A DNA stretch of 64,000 nt from the human T2T-CHM13v2.0 reference genome, Homo sapiens. Made by a program: the position numbers and the translations under genes. Every line of letters begins with the position of its first letter. Position 1 is the stretch's first letter. Shown here in pieces: positions 1-16,199 of the stretch. Where the stretch lies: NCBI RefSeq assembly GCF_009914755.1, contig NC_060931.1; one strand, 5' to 3'. The notes below the pieces were generated by a model. The model was not told the origin of the DNA and ran no database searches. It saw nothing but the letters and a program-made list of their open reading frames with translations.

Positions 1-1241
1 GCTCCTTCTAAGCAACTCATGAAGATCCAAGAGGCTGTGCAGTGCTGTACATTTCTCACCTGGACTACTCAATAGGCAAGTAGACTTTCCTTATATTTTA
101 TCTCTCCCCACCTCAGGACAGTGTGCTGCATGGGCCTGCCCCTACTCAGCTTATGAGCCTCCTTCACACTCCTAGCACCAGTAAGCGTCCACATTGCTGC
201 CACTCCCGGGGCCTAGAACATTTCTCCATCTCCACTCCACTCCCACCCTTTCCATCCTTTGGCTACTTCCTCCTTATCTGCTGCATCTTAGCGTAGGCAT
301 CACCTCCTCAGGCAGTCCAACACCTGACCCACTGGAAGCACACAAGGGACACGCTAGCACTCTGCTTTCTTAAGAGCTGCAAGATGCCAGCGACTGTTGT
401 GACAATTGTTATAGCAACAGCCTGGGGTGCGAACATATAAAATGGCCAGAAATATTAATGCTGAAAACAAAAGAAATAAAGTTTTGATCCATTAGTTTAG
501 TTTATTCTTCCTTTTCTAATCTCTACCTTAATTTCTTTACTCTCCCCAAGGCAAAGATATTGCAGTGTTCAACTCTAATCATGCAATTTTAGAAAAATGG
601 CTTAGAGCGTATTTGTCTAGGTGGATGCTAATATTCACTAAAAACTCTAAGTGGCTTCTAAATAGCTGAAAGATTTTAAGACATTCTTAGTTCACAGGGC
701 GCCAAGTTAAAGGGAACAAAGATCTGCAACAGTAATGCACCTAGACAGCTCTGCTCCCACGTAATATAGTCAGTTCTCATGAGGAGAAACAGTCAAATAA
801 ATAACCTACCAGATGTGATGGAGATGCCACTAAGATGCCCAGTTCCTCAATCAAAGAAGCGTCGTTTGGACTTTGAAAATGGCAAAAGGTGTGTGTGTGG
901 GGAGGGAGGGGTAGCAGGGGCTATTTGAGCACAGGTGGTGAAGAGAGCAAGCAAGAAAAATGTTGACACAGTGGAAGAAAAACTAAACACTTCCCACTTT
1001 ACATTATAGTATCTGTCCTAAAGAAGATGATATAAAATAGGAATCCAGAGCTTTGTAACTGGAGTGGCAAGAGTGGCTGCCATCTCAGTAACCATGTCAA
1101 CCGTTACTCACAAAGTACTCATCCTCATTTGCTTATGAAAAGGAAAGCACTCAAATCCTTCTTATACATCAGCAGTCAGGTAAACAGCAGATATTTGGGC
1201 CATGAGGGCAGCCCATAATACCATAATTCAATATACATCTA

Positions 1242-1412
<171 letters not shown>

Positions 1413-2170
1413 TGTTCATATGAAGATGGAGTTTTGAGCTGGACATTCACATCCCCTTTATACTCCTTAGTTTTCCTTAAAAACACAGATTGAACCTCTT
1501 CTTTGTGCTGGCTCTTATCAGGAAACATAAGCACCACATGAGGTCCTGACTGAATATAAACCACTCAATAAACACGTCCCAACCTTAATGAGAACTCCTT
1601 ACATATACCGATTTCCCTCCAGCCCAGGGCACCATGATTGTATCTACGGGCCAGAAGATTTGGGGGTGCCAAGATATGTAGACAGAAGTTTGAGCTACAG
1701 TCTGGGCGCGGTGGCTCGCGCCTGTAGTCCCAGCACTTTGGGAGGCTGAGGTGGGTGGATCATTTGAGGTCAGGAGTTGGAGACCAGCCTGGCCAACATG
1801 GCAAAACCTCGTCTCTACTAAAAATAAGCTGGAATGTGGTGGTGCACGCCTGTAATCCAGGCTACTCAGGAGGCTGAGGCATGAGAATTGCCTGAACTCA
1901 GGAGGCGGAGGTTGTAGTGAGCCAAGATTGCACCACTGTACTCCAGCCTGGGCGACAGAGCGAGAATCCACCTCAAAAAAAAAAAAAGAAGTTTGAGGGG
2001 CAGATTTTTCCATTAATAGAATTACTGGTTACTCAATGGTTCTGAGGCGTAAAAAATAAAAATAAATAAGTAAAATTATTGATAATCTTATTTCTCAGCA
2101 AGAAATGTCAAAAAACCTGGAAGATAAACACAATTTTCATCATCTGATGCAAGTGCCCAGGTAGTTTTCA

Positions 2171-2365
<195 letters not shown>

Positions 2366-3702
2366 CTAGAAAAAGGCGAAAAGGCAAAGAAAAAAAAATC
2401 AATACCATTTATAGAAAAATAAAAAGCGTCAGTGGTTAAAAACATAGATCCTGAGACAACATAGCAAGGATCTCTCTGCCTGTTCATCTCTGAGAAATCA
2501 CACTTAAATCATGGAAACCATGAAACAAAAATCCAGTACATCTTTGATATCACTAAAGGACCTCTATTAGCCCAAATCACAATCCACAAAGACTGAAAGT
2601 GGCGGAAGGGCAAATGGCTTAGCAGACCACACACAGAAGCCCATAGCTTAGGGTCTGAAAAGGAGATGCTGGGGAGAAGTTGTTCCCCTCTACAGATATT
2701 AGAAAGCTGGAGAACCTCTGGAAAGCAGAGCTGAGTGGTGGGGAGGGGCAGGGACTCAAAGTAATAAACTGAAAACAGGGACATGGGTGGAGCCTCTAGT
2801 TCCTACCGGCTTCAGAAGGAATTGGCTGACTCTGAGAGAAATGAGGAAGATCTCCTGAACAGCTGGACCACACGGCTCTGGACTGGAAACCACTCATAGA
2901 GGAGAGCAGAGCTGAGGGGTGGCCTGAAGTCAGAGTCTGAAATGGAGTCTGCATAATGAACAGAGAACTCTTCAGACCTTTCCTCCCCCTCAGTTTCAGA
3001 ATGTTGGAAAATGGGCTCACACCCACCAGGCAGGAGGCAGACTGAATCACCCCAGGTAAGAGACTTCAGAGCCATTCAGGTTCATAATATAAAAGCTAAC
3101 TGGCTCCTATGCACCTAGAGTCAAACTCACTGGTCTATAAGCCCCACTACTCACACAGCTTTCAAACAGCTCTTTAACATGAACAAAAAGTGTCAGACAT
3201 GAGGAATGCTTCCCACATGAAAGACAAACACCAAAGAAAACAAATGGAAAAAGACGACATTTTAAAAATAACTAGCTAAAATTTATGAGGCATTTACCAT
3301 GTGTCAAACAATAAGTTCATTAAACTCATCACCTCATTTAGCTTTCAAAACAATGCTATGATTATTTCCATTTTACAGAGGAAGAAACAGTGGCTTAAGG
3401 AATTTAAATTGCTCAAGATCACAGGGCTAGTATGGCTGATGGGGGCATGGCCCAATGCATTCTGCTTGACTCCAAAGGTCACGCTCTTTGAAAAAACATA
3501 AACTTTATTTATTTATTTTTCTGAGACAGAGTCTCGCCCTGTCACCAAGGCTGGAGTGCAGTGGTGCGATCTCAGCTCACTAAGCCTCCCGAGTAGCTGG
3601 ATTACAGGCACCCACCACCACACCTGGCTAATTTTTGTATTTTTAGCAGAGATGGGGTTTCACCATGTTGGCCAGGCTAGTCTCGAACTCCTAATCTTGT
3701 GA

Positions 3703-3938
<236 letters not shown>

Positions 3939-4538
3939 TAGTAGAGATGGGGTTTCTCCATGTTGGTCAGGCTGGTCTTGAACTCCTGACCTCAGGTGAT
4001 CCGCCTACCTCGGCCTCCCAAAGTGCTGGGATTACAGGCGTGAGCCACCCGGGCAAAAAGTCATCTTCTTAATCACTGTGTTAGTTTTCTATTGCTGCTG
4101 GAACAAAATACCACAGACTCGGTGGTGTAAAACAATGTAAAATTCCCATACTGTGTTTGTTATGCTGGTGTCCAGAGAAACTCACTTTGGAGAGAGAAAT
4201 ATGATCTTGTGTAAAGTAAGTTATGTTATTTTAATATATATTTAATCCAATAGGCTGCAAGGTTCTTTCTGAGGTAACCTTCCCTCTGAATACAAATAAG
4301 ATGATGAACGAAGGAGGTGCTCCTCTGCGGCTAGGCGTGGGAGTGTGGAAGAATTCTACTGTGCCCTGAAAAGAAATCTGCTGTGCTCAGAGAACCCACA
4401 TAATCACATACATCAGGTAATGTACACATAAGCATACCAGCAGAACTCCACCTCACCCTCAAAGAGGCACTTACACTTATCTATCAACATGGTCTCCTTA
4501 GACTCCAGGAATGTGTCCTATATACATGGGACATATTA

Positions 4539-4727
<189 letters not shown>

Positions 4728-5174
4728 TTAAGGAGAGGGGGAGCCTTGTCTCCCATCCTCATCTCTCTGCCAACCCCCACACAAATTCTGAGGTAAAGCA
4801 ACCCATTTTAGGGGCCATAAAACAATGATATGCTGTTTCGTGCTATATAAATCTAGCTCAAGATACTAACACAATATTAATCCATACCTAAAACAGCGAG
4901 GTTTTCGTGTTTTTTTTCTGGTATTCTTTAGAGTAATTCTTTATATAAAGTTATCATATTCAATCCCATGGTGCAAAGGGAACTAGAACATCTGTACTCA
5001 GATGCTAATGTGATTATAAACAGCAAGGATAAGGAGTATGAGAGATGTTACCCAAAAAAATTTCAAAAGTTGAATTTTGTTCTTGTCATAAGGAGTGTGA
5101 ATGGGTCGTATCGAGGTCTGCGCTTTATTTTAAGGGACTATTGAAGCTATAACTAAAGCAGCAACCTCAAGTAA

Positions 5175-5438
<264 letters not shown>

Positions 5439-6207
5439 TGACCAGGCTGGTCTCAAACCCCTGACCTCGTGATGTGCCTGCCTTGGCCTTCCGAAGTGCT
5501 GGGATTACAGGAGTGAGCCACTGCATCCAGCCCCATTCTTTTATTTATTTATTTTTAATTTTTATTAGAAATGGGGTGCTGCTATGTTGACCAGGTTAGT
5601 CTCAAACTCCTGGGCTCAAGCAATCCTCCCATTTTGGCCTCTCAAAGTGCTGGAATTACAGGCACGAGCCACGGTGCCCGGCCACCAACCCATTCTTAAT
5701 ACCACATTAGAAAGGGTCAGTAGCCAGGTGTAGTGGCTCACACCTGTTCCCAGCACTTTGGGAGGTTGAGATGGGTGGATCACCTGAGGTCAGGAGTTCA
5801 AGACCAGCCTGGCCAACATGGTGAAACCCCGTCTCTACTAAAAATACAAAAATTAGCTGGGCATTTTTTTTACATACAGAAACCCATCTTGCCCTGAGGT
5901 TAGACATACCTCGTTAACTCTAAAGTGATATCTAAGTTGTAAACTTTCCTTTATGAGTGTATCTGATGAATGTCAGGTAATGATTTTTAACAGGAACATC
6001 TATTATCTTCCCTTCAATTCTGATTCAGTGTGGTATAAGAGTGACTATACTAGATCACGTATCTGACTATAACTTGGCTGAACTGCAAACTCACCAAACA
6101 GGAGGTTATCCAAAAACAAATTTGCCATCAAAAATGCTGACAAAACATGGTAAGAGAAAACAGCCCATGAAAATGCCCAGAATAAACAAGGTGAGATTTC
6201 AAACTAC

Positions 6208-6258
6208 CTTTTGATACTGTTCTTCATTCATCTGTAGGGCAAGCAAAAAGTCTTCATG
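6208..6258 (-). CDS. RNF216: RNF216 exon 10 (51 nt): HEDFLLALQMNEEQYQK
   Basis: Read directly. Acceptor tttttgttcttcag, donor AAG|gtagtt; bridges exons 9 and 11 in frame. Confidence 0.96.
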
Positions 6259-6684
6259 CTGAAGAACAAAAAAGGCACACATTCAGACACAAATTTAGTA
6301 AAAATGACACTAACCATTTAGTATTTATTTCCATAAACATAACTCCAGTATTGCGATCTCTTCAATTACACAGTTTAGCAGTTCAAAAAGGTTACCTGTG
6401 AATAAATTTTAAGTGGATCAGAGAGCTAGAAAATACAGGACAATATTTCTTAAGTATGACTCAAAATGTAGAATAAATAAGGGAAAAGGCTGACACATAA
6501 AACACTTTGAACAGCAAAGAACAGCATCAACAAAAACAAACTGAACAAATAAAAACTAAGTTTGGCCGGGTGGGATGGCTCATGCCTGTAATCCCAGCAC
6601 TTTGGAAGGCCGAGGTGGGCAGATCACCTGAGATCAGGAGTTCGAGACCAGCCTGACCAACATGGAAAAACCCCATCTCTACTA

Positions 6685-6843
<159 letters not shown>

Positions 6844-7233
6844 TCAAAAAACAAACAAACATACAAAAACTAAGTTTAACAACAGACTTCGCTGGCGAGG
6901 CTGTGTGGTAGTGGGCACCCCCACACATTACTGGTGAGAATGCAAAACAAGACAACCACACTGGTGGGGCACTGGCACAGAGTCATCAATGCCACTTCCA
7001 AGAGTCTAGCCCAAAGATGCAACTGGGCAGAAACAGGGAATGATGTATGCACAAACTTATCATGGCACTATTTATAATAGCAAAAACCTGGAAACAACCC
7101 TAAACATCCATCAATAGGGGAATGACTGAATAAACTGTGGTATTACATAAAATGGTATACCAGCCAGTTTCAAAAAGGAAAGAGAAAAATCCCTATGAAT
7201 TGCTGCAGAGTGACTGCCAGGATGCATGGTTAA

Positions 7234-7496
<263 letters not shown>

Positions 7497-9658
7497 TAAA
7501 TAAAAATACGTATACTTATTTGCTTTTCCATAAAATAAGGAAAGGTAAACCAAAGACTAACAATAATGGTTATATATAAACAAAGCAGGGGGCCAGGTGC
7601 AGTGGCTCACGCCTATAATCCCAGCACTTTGGGAGGCCAAGGTGGGGGGATTGCTTGAGGTCAGGAGTTTGACACCAGCCTGGTCAACATGGCGAAACCC
7701 TGTCTCTACTAAAAATACAAAAATTAGCCAGGCATGGTGGGGCGCACCTGTAATCCCAGCTACTAAGGTGGCTGAGGCAGGAGAAGCCCTTGAACCCAGG
7801 AGTCAGACGTTGCAGTGAGCCGAGATCCTGCCACTGCACTCCAGCCTGGGTGACAAAGCGAGACTCCGTCTCAAAAAACAAACAAACAAAATGCGAGAAA
7901 GGGACAGCACAAAAGCTAGATATTTCTGAATATTCCTTGTTTTATAGTTTTTATTTCAGAACTAAAATTTTTACAACCTTAGACAAAAAAACAAAACCAA
8001 TTCTCTAAAAGTTCAAAACAAACAGAAAGAAATAACCCACCCTTTTTTTTTTTTTTGAAACTGAGTCTTGCTTTGTTGCCCAGGCTGGAGTGCAGTGGCA
8101 TGATTTTGGCTCACTGCAACCAACCTCGACCTCCCATGTTCAAGCAATTCTCGTGCCTCATCCTCCCAAGTAGCTGGGATTACAGGTGTGTGCCACCATG
8201 CCCAGCTAATTTATTTTTAGTAGAGACAGAGTTTTGCCATGTTGGTCAGGCTGGTCTGTAACTCCTGATCTCAGGTGATCTGCCCACCTCGGCCTTCCAA
8301 AGCATGTAATCATGCTGGGATTACAGGCATGAGCCATCCCACCCGGCCAAACTTAAGTTTTTTTAGTCTTGAACTCCTGGCCTCAAGTGATTGCCTGCCT
8401 TGGCCTCCCAAAGTGCTGGGATTACATGCATAAGCCACTGTGCCTGGCCAGAAACGAATAAACTTGTTTATCAAGTTAATGGTATAAGCACCGAGATTTA
8501 TTTCAAGTGACTTTAAAATATTTTAAATATTGAATAATGTTATTAATATTAAGAACCAAGACTTTTAGCATCAGAGAAAAGAAAGTTGGCAGGGCATGGT
8601 GGTGCATGCCTGTAACCCCAACAATTTGGGCGGCTGAGTTGGGAGGACGGCTTGAGGCCAGAAGTTCGAGACCAGCCTGGACAGCATGGGGAAACCCAGG
8701 CTCTACAAAAAAAGTTAGCCAGGTGTGGTGGTGCACACCTGCAGTCCCAATTACTCAGGAGGTTGAGATGGAAGGACTGCTTGAGCCCAGGAGGTAGGTT
8801 GAAGCAGTAAGCCATGATTGCATCACTGCACTCCAGCCTAGGTAACACATGGAGCTCCTCTGTCAAAAAAGAAAAGAAAAAAGCAAAGAAGGTACTTTGG
8901 AAAATTGTTGAGTCCAGGTCTGAGAAAGCAGAAGCTGAAACGGGGTCATTTGGCTGTGCCCAAAAGCAAAGATGTTGTCAGAGACTACAGGGGTCGGGTT
9001 AAGAGAGACTAACTTGAAGGGGCAGCCAATAGTCAGAGATGGGACAATGTGAATATCACCAAGAATAAAAGACTACAATGAACTACATTCATCAATTTGC
9101 CAATACTTTAAATACTTATCTGATAAGATTGGTGATATCAATGAATGTCATTCTATAACAGATGGATCAAAACAATAAATTCTAATTTCTGCTTAAAATC
9201 TAGAATTTTGGTCAAAAATAATCACTTCATTCATTTTTGAGAAAATGCCTGCCAAATACCTATTTTGAATAATCATAGTTTTTCTGTCACTTTTTTCCAA
9301 GTAAAAAGTGGCCAATGCAGCTGCTTTGTGGCTCAGTTGCATAAGTGCTTTCCTCATACCTGGATATAAGACAAGCTTCATATCCTGGGATGTGGCAGAA
9401 GCACTTTATGAAGACTTCATTTTATTACACAGAATATTGAAAAGATGTTTCCAACGGTCAAAACTTGGTAAAGTAATTTTTACTGCTTTATCAAAGACAT
9501 TTTCAGGTGAAACTGGTGTGTCTTAAAAATGTAAGTGCATGGTGGTGAAGAAAACAATGATTATGACGATGGCTCTACGACACTGGCCTGATTCATGCCA
9601 AGGCACCACTGCTTTTGTTCTGCTGGTACAAATTCAATATGGTGAAAAAGCAAATATA

Positions 9659-10076
9659 GCTGAGCTTGATCAACAGAGATGTGAACTGTGGGGACCCACT
9701 TATGTGCTGATTTTCTTCTGCTTCTGCCACCCTGAGACAGCAAAACCAACACACCCCTCCTCCTCAGCCTACTCAACGTGAAGACCATGAAGATAAAGAC
9801 CTTCTCATGCTGATCCACACTTCCATTTAATGAATATGAAATATATTTTCCTTCTCATTTTCTTAATAACGTTTTCTCTAGCTTACCTTATTCTAAGAAT
9901 ACAGCATGTAATACACAAAACATACCAAACGTGCTCATCGACTATTATGGGTAAGGCTTCCTGTCAACGGTAGGCTGTTCACAGTGAAGTTTTGGGGCAG
10001 TCAAACATTATATGCTGACTTTCAGCTGCACAGGGGGAAGCACTCCTAACTTTCATGTTGTTCAAGGGTCACTGTA
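9659..10076 (+). mobile_element. Tigger2a/MER28-like DNA transposon
   Basis: Degenerate terminal inverted repeats ending tgttgttcaagggtcactgta, with the typical cagcctactcaacgtgaagac core. Confidence 0.7.
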
Positions 10077-10467
10077 ATGTCTTAGCATAGTTATAAGAGG
10101 TTTGACCTCGCAGACCCCCAAGAGAGTCTTGGGAAACCCAGGGATCTCTGGGTCACACTTTGAGAGCCACTGGTTTAGAAGATACTTATTAAACAACCAA
10201 TATATACATTCCAGCTGACTTGCACATTTGATACTATATTTAGAAAAATTAAAGAGCGAAATGGAACCGAGGCTGAGGGAGGAGGTAAAATAGATACACT
10301 AAGCTCCAATTAAAATTTTCTAACATGAATCTGATTTATGAAACCACAAACATAAGTATTATGACAAAATCCAGGTTTTTTCTTTTAAAAACTTTGCATA
10401 TATCCAAATTTAACAGTCTGAAGAAAAGGGAAATCTTAAAAGACAGTTTTGTACTAACTAAACCCTA

Positions 10468-10698
<231 letters not shown>

Positions 10699-12195
10699 CT
10701 ATGTGTTAGGAACCTGGACCAGCCATGTCCATTCTTCCCGGCCTCATCCTCCACCTTCTCTCTGATGGTACGTTTCATGACTTTTCTATCACATTCTACC
10801 ATTTGGGAAGACTGGGCTTCTTACCATTTGCCAACCTACCATCCATTTTTTGACCTTTCTGATTCTTTCCCTCTGTTTATGCTCCAATTGGAAGGCATCT
10901 CCTATCCTGTCACTAGTGTACTATGTGAATATACCACAATTTATTATCTATTTCACTACTGAGGACATTTGGGTTTGCTGTTTTGGGTTAATCTGAATAG
11001 CGCTGCTTACAGCCATTTGTTGGTGAATGTATGTCCGCAATTTACCTGGGAATTGCTAGATCATGGGATAGGCTTACTTCCAGCTTCAGAAAATAATGCC
11101 AGTTTTCCAAAGTGGTTGTACCAGTTTACACCCTTCCTCCATCAGCAATGCATGTGAGTTCCAGTCTCTCCATGTCCTTACCAACACCTATCATCGGTTT
11201 TTAATTTTAGCCATTCTGGTGGGTGCAAATGTGCTGTATGATTTTCAACCATTTTTATTTTCAAAGCATTCAAATATACAAGGGGCTGAAGGAACAGTAC
11301 CTAGATTCACCACAATATATTATAACATGAGAATAAAAGAGAGCAGAATAACAAATATTAGACATGTAAATGATCTGTTTAGGTTTTGTACTTGTTTCAC
11401 TGATTTGGCAACTTATGATTTTCTTTTTGGAGACAGAGCCTTGCTCTGCTGCTCACGCTGGAGTGCAGTGGCACATTCACAGATCACTGCAGCCTCAACT
11501 CCTGGGCTCAGGCAATCCTCCCGCCTCAGCCTCCTGAGGAGCTGGGACTATACAGGCAGATGCCACCACACCCAGCTAATTTTTTTGTATTTTTTTAGAG
11601 ATGGGATTTTGCCATGTTGTCCAGGCTGGTCTTGAAGTCCTGGGCTAAATGATCCACCAGCCTTGGCCTCCCAAAGTGCTGGGATTACAGGTGTGAGCCA
11701 CAACGCCTGGCCAATTTATGTTTTTCTAGAAAACTTTATCTCATTCAGATTTTCAATTTACTCTTGTCTGTTCTTGGTAATCTCTTGATTTTAATATTTA
11801 CTATCTGGTTCCTAATACATTTTATTTTGATTCTCCTTTTCTCTTGCTCATTCTCATGTTTTTTTTTTTTGTTTGTTTGTTTGTTTTGTTTTTTTTTGAG
11901 ACAGAGTCTCACTCTGTTGCCCAGGCAAGGGTGCAGTGGTGCGATCTCGGCTCACTGTCAGCTCCGCCCCCCGGGGTTCACGCCATTCTCCTGCCTCAGC
12001 CTCCCGAGTAGCTGGGACTACAGGCGCCCGCCACCATGCCCGGCTAATTTTTTGTATTTTTAGTAAAGACGGGGTTTCACTGTGTTAGCCAGGATGGTCT
12101 TGATCTCCCGACCTCGTGATCCGCCTGCCTCGGCCTCCCTAAGTGCCAGGATTACAGGCATGAGCCACCGCGCCCAGCCTCTCATGTTTTTTTAA

Positions 12196-12294
<99 letters not shown>

Positions 12295-12494
12295 TAAGGT
12301 TAGGAGTTCGAGACCAACCTGTCCAACATGGTGAAACCCCCCAGGCATGATGGCGCACACCTGTAATTAATTCCAGCTACTTGCGAGGCTGAGGCAGGAG
12401 AATCGCTTGAGCTTGGGAAGTGGACTCCGTCTTAAAATTAAAAAAAACAACAGCAACAAAAAAAATCAGTTTTTGGTATTATGAGAATAGAAAA

Positions 12495-12720
12495 GCACGT
12501 GGTTAGACAGTAAGCTTTGAAGCCAGATTCCCAGCTGGGCTACTCGCTAGCTGTGTAACATCTGCCAAGTTACTTAACCTCTCTGTGCTTCACTTTTTTT
12601 CTATAAAATGATAATAATGGCACATACATCTCATAAGGCTATTTGAAACATAAATGAATTAATCCATTAAAGCACTTAGAAAAGTGACTGGTACATATTA
12701 AGTGCTCAATGTTAATTACT
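12495..12720 (+). mobile_element. MIR SINE
   Basis: caagttacttaacctctctgtgcttc...taaaatg...aaagcacttagaa...aagtgctcaat core. Confidence 0.7.
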
Positions 12721-12949
12721 GTAATTATCAATGCTACAAATTAAAAAAATTTTCACCTATTATTTCTTTCGTCTTTACTCAGTTCTTTTTGTAGTTTATC
12801 ATGTTAAAGTAATAAGATTTATTTTCAGTCCTTTATTTTAAAAAATAAATGCAATTGGCCGGGTGCGGTGGCTCAAGCCTGTAATCTCGCACTTTGGGAG
12901 GCCGAGGCGGGCGGATCACGAGGTCAGGAGATCGAGACCATCCTGGCTA

Positions 12950-13259
<310 letters not shown>

Positions 13260-14784
13260 TTATAGCCCAAAGAGCAGTGTTTAGACGGAAAACAAACTGA
13301 AAAGGAGAAAAATGGGATCCCTGGAACAGATGAGGGATTCTTAGCCTGTGTCCTTATAAAAAGCTGTCAAAAAAGGCTAAGTGTGAGTCATAAACATTAA
13401 ACTACTAATGTAAATCAAGTGTAATTTCTATCTTATACTTCCAGGGTCCTTCAAGATTATCTGATAAGTAAAATTAAAGAATCAGCACCTAAATTAAAGT
13501 GCTATACCTAAAACAAGAAACTGAATCAAATGAAATGAAGTTAATGGGAAAATGTGAGATGCAGCAAAACTGAGACAGGTTTATGACCTGACAGCAATGT
13601 GGGTGAAAAGAGCAAGGCTGAATGTGAGCAGACCTCATGTGGAGTATGATGTGCAGTCTTCTATACCCCAACTTTCAAAGAGACCCTGACAAGCTAGAGA
13701 AGGGCACACAGGGAAGAGGAGAAGGGCAGTCAGGCTGATGAAGGGACAACAGTCAGAATCTCTCTCCACAGCCAAGAACTACAACCATGGCAGGACATTT
13801 CAGGAAGTACATGCTGACAAATATAAAGGAAGAACTGTCTAAAAGACAGAGCTGACCAACAAGGAAGTCAACTATCTTGCAAAATAGCACTTTCTCCACC
13901 ACTGAAGTCAGAAACAAATACTGTATGGCTATGTACAAGGATGCCTGTTCTGAACTCTGGCTAAATTTGGCTGAATGAAAAACCACCTGCACACTGTCCC
14001 TAGTTCTACATTCTGCCACAGGCCAGGGCGAATGTCATGTCAGCAGAGCCACTGCTCCACAGACTGGCTTAGGAACCTCAGGAGTCACAGCCTAAGGGAT
14101 TTTCTTTTAGAGCCTGAAAAGTTCATAGTAAATACAAATACTTTCCAGCTTTATAGTTACCTGAGTTTCCACTTAGTCATACCTGAAATCAAGTGTGGTA
14201 ATTAAGTACACATGTAACAGAAAGGGATGATCTCTAGAAAAGTTGTAGTAAACGCCTTTACTGGGTGGAAGCAACTCAGATAAAATCTGAGTTGTTATAA
14301 CACTCAAGTTTACATTTTTGGGGATCAGACCTAAATAACCTCTTCAAAAGGGTTTTCAGCAGTTATTTCATCAATAAGAATGACAGAATTTTGGAGAAAC
14401 GTGGCTATTAGCCATTCTCTCAGTTGCATAAGTGACCCTCTGCAGTAAGCCCTCATTCATAAGTCTGGGTAGTTTTTACCTAATAACACAGCCAATTCGC
14501 ATCAAACCTTTGAGACCAGTTTTTCCCCCCAAGCTTAACAGCACACTCAAATACCTTCTCACACATGAATTTTCTAACACCACACAAAATTTTCCTCTCA
14601 CAGTTTATCTTAAGTAGGAAGAAGGAAGCCAACAAGTGCAGCCACTTCCTAAAAATTTTGATGTGCTGAGAAAATAGTTCCTGTCAGTCACTCCTTGGAC
14701 TGGCCTGTCCAGATGCTCAGCAGACACCTGTAGCACGGCTTCCTTCACTGACTGTGAAGAAGAAAAGGTACAGTGTTGCAGCTA

Positions 14785-14928
<144 letters not shown>

Positions 14929-16043
14929 CTAAAAATTGAGAAAAGGAAAGGTTCCTTCTGTAAATAGAAAATAAGAATACACGAGACAGGCAATCCCTGA
15001 ATGCCATTTTAACACAGTTTCAGCTGTCTACCCAGCATGGCTAACAATTGGTAGTGGCAGCTGGGTGCGGTGGCTGACGCCTGTAATCCCAACACTTTGG
15101 GAGGCCAAGTGGGCAGATCCCTTGAGGTCAGGAGTTCGACACCAGTCTGGCCAACATGGTGAAACCCTGTCTGTACTAAAAATACAAAAATTAGCCGGGC
15201 ATGGTGGCGCACGCCTGTAATCCCAGCTACTCAGGAGGCTGCGGCAGGAGAATCGCTTGAACCCAGGAGGCGGAGGTCGCAGTGAGCCGAGACTGCACCA
15301 CTGCACTGCACCACTGCACTCCAGCCTGGGCAAAAAAAAAAAAAAAAAAGGAATAGGCAGTGGTAAAATAAATAGGCAGCATTTCTTTATTTTCATTTTC
15401 TCTGACTTTCATAAACTGGTACGGTGGTGGAAGCAAAACACTTACTGACAGATTAAAGAGTAACTAGGGAAAAGAAAAACTGTTGGCTGGGTGCAGCGGC
15501 TCACACCTGTAATCCTAGCACTGTGGGAGGATGACGGGGGTGGATCACTTGAGCTTAGGTGTTCAAGGCTTGCCCGGGCAACATGGGGACACCCCGTCTC
15601 TACTAAAAATACAAAAAAATAGCTGGGCGTGGTGGTCCACAGCTGTGGTCCCAGGTACTCGGAGGCTAAGATAGGACAATCACTTGAGCCTGAGAGGCAG
15701 GGTTGCAGTGAGCCATGATTGCGCCACTGCACTCCATCCTGGGTAACACAGGAGACCCTGTCTCAAACAAAACAAAACTGTCCAAGCTGTCCTTGAATAA
15801 GTACAGGTAAAATCACATGACAATGGGCTGGTGAGTCCCATTCTGTAGGCAAATCTTCCATGTTGTTTCTCTGGTCAATGCTCCTCTTTACTCTCCCCTA
15901 ACCTGCTTCCCCCACACTCTTCTCTGTGTGCACCTATATCCACCCCACCCTGTAACAGGATGCTGGAGTTCAAAATCCTTCCACTGGTGAGGATCCCTTT
16001 TCTTTCCTACCTTCAGCTTCTCTCTGTTAGATTTCCCTTATCA

Positions 16044-16199
<156 letters not shown>

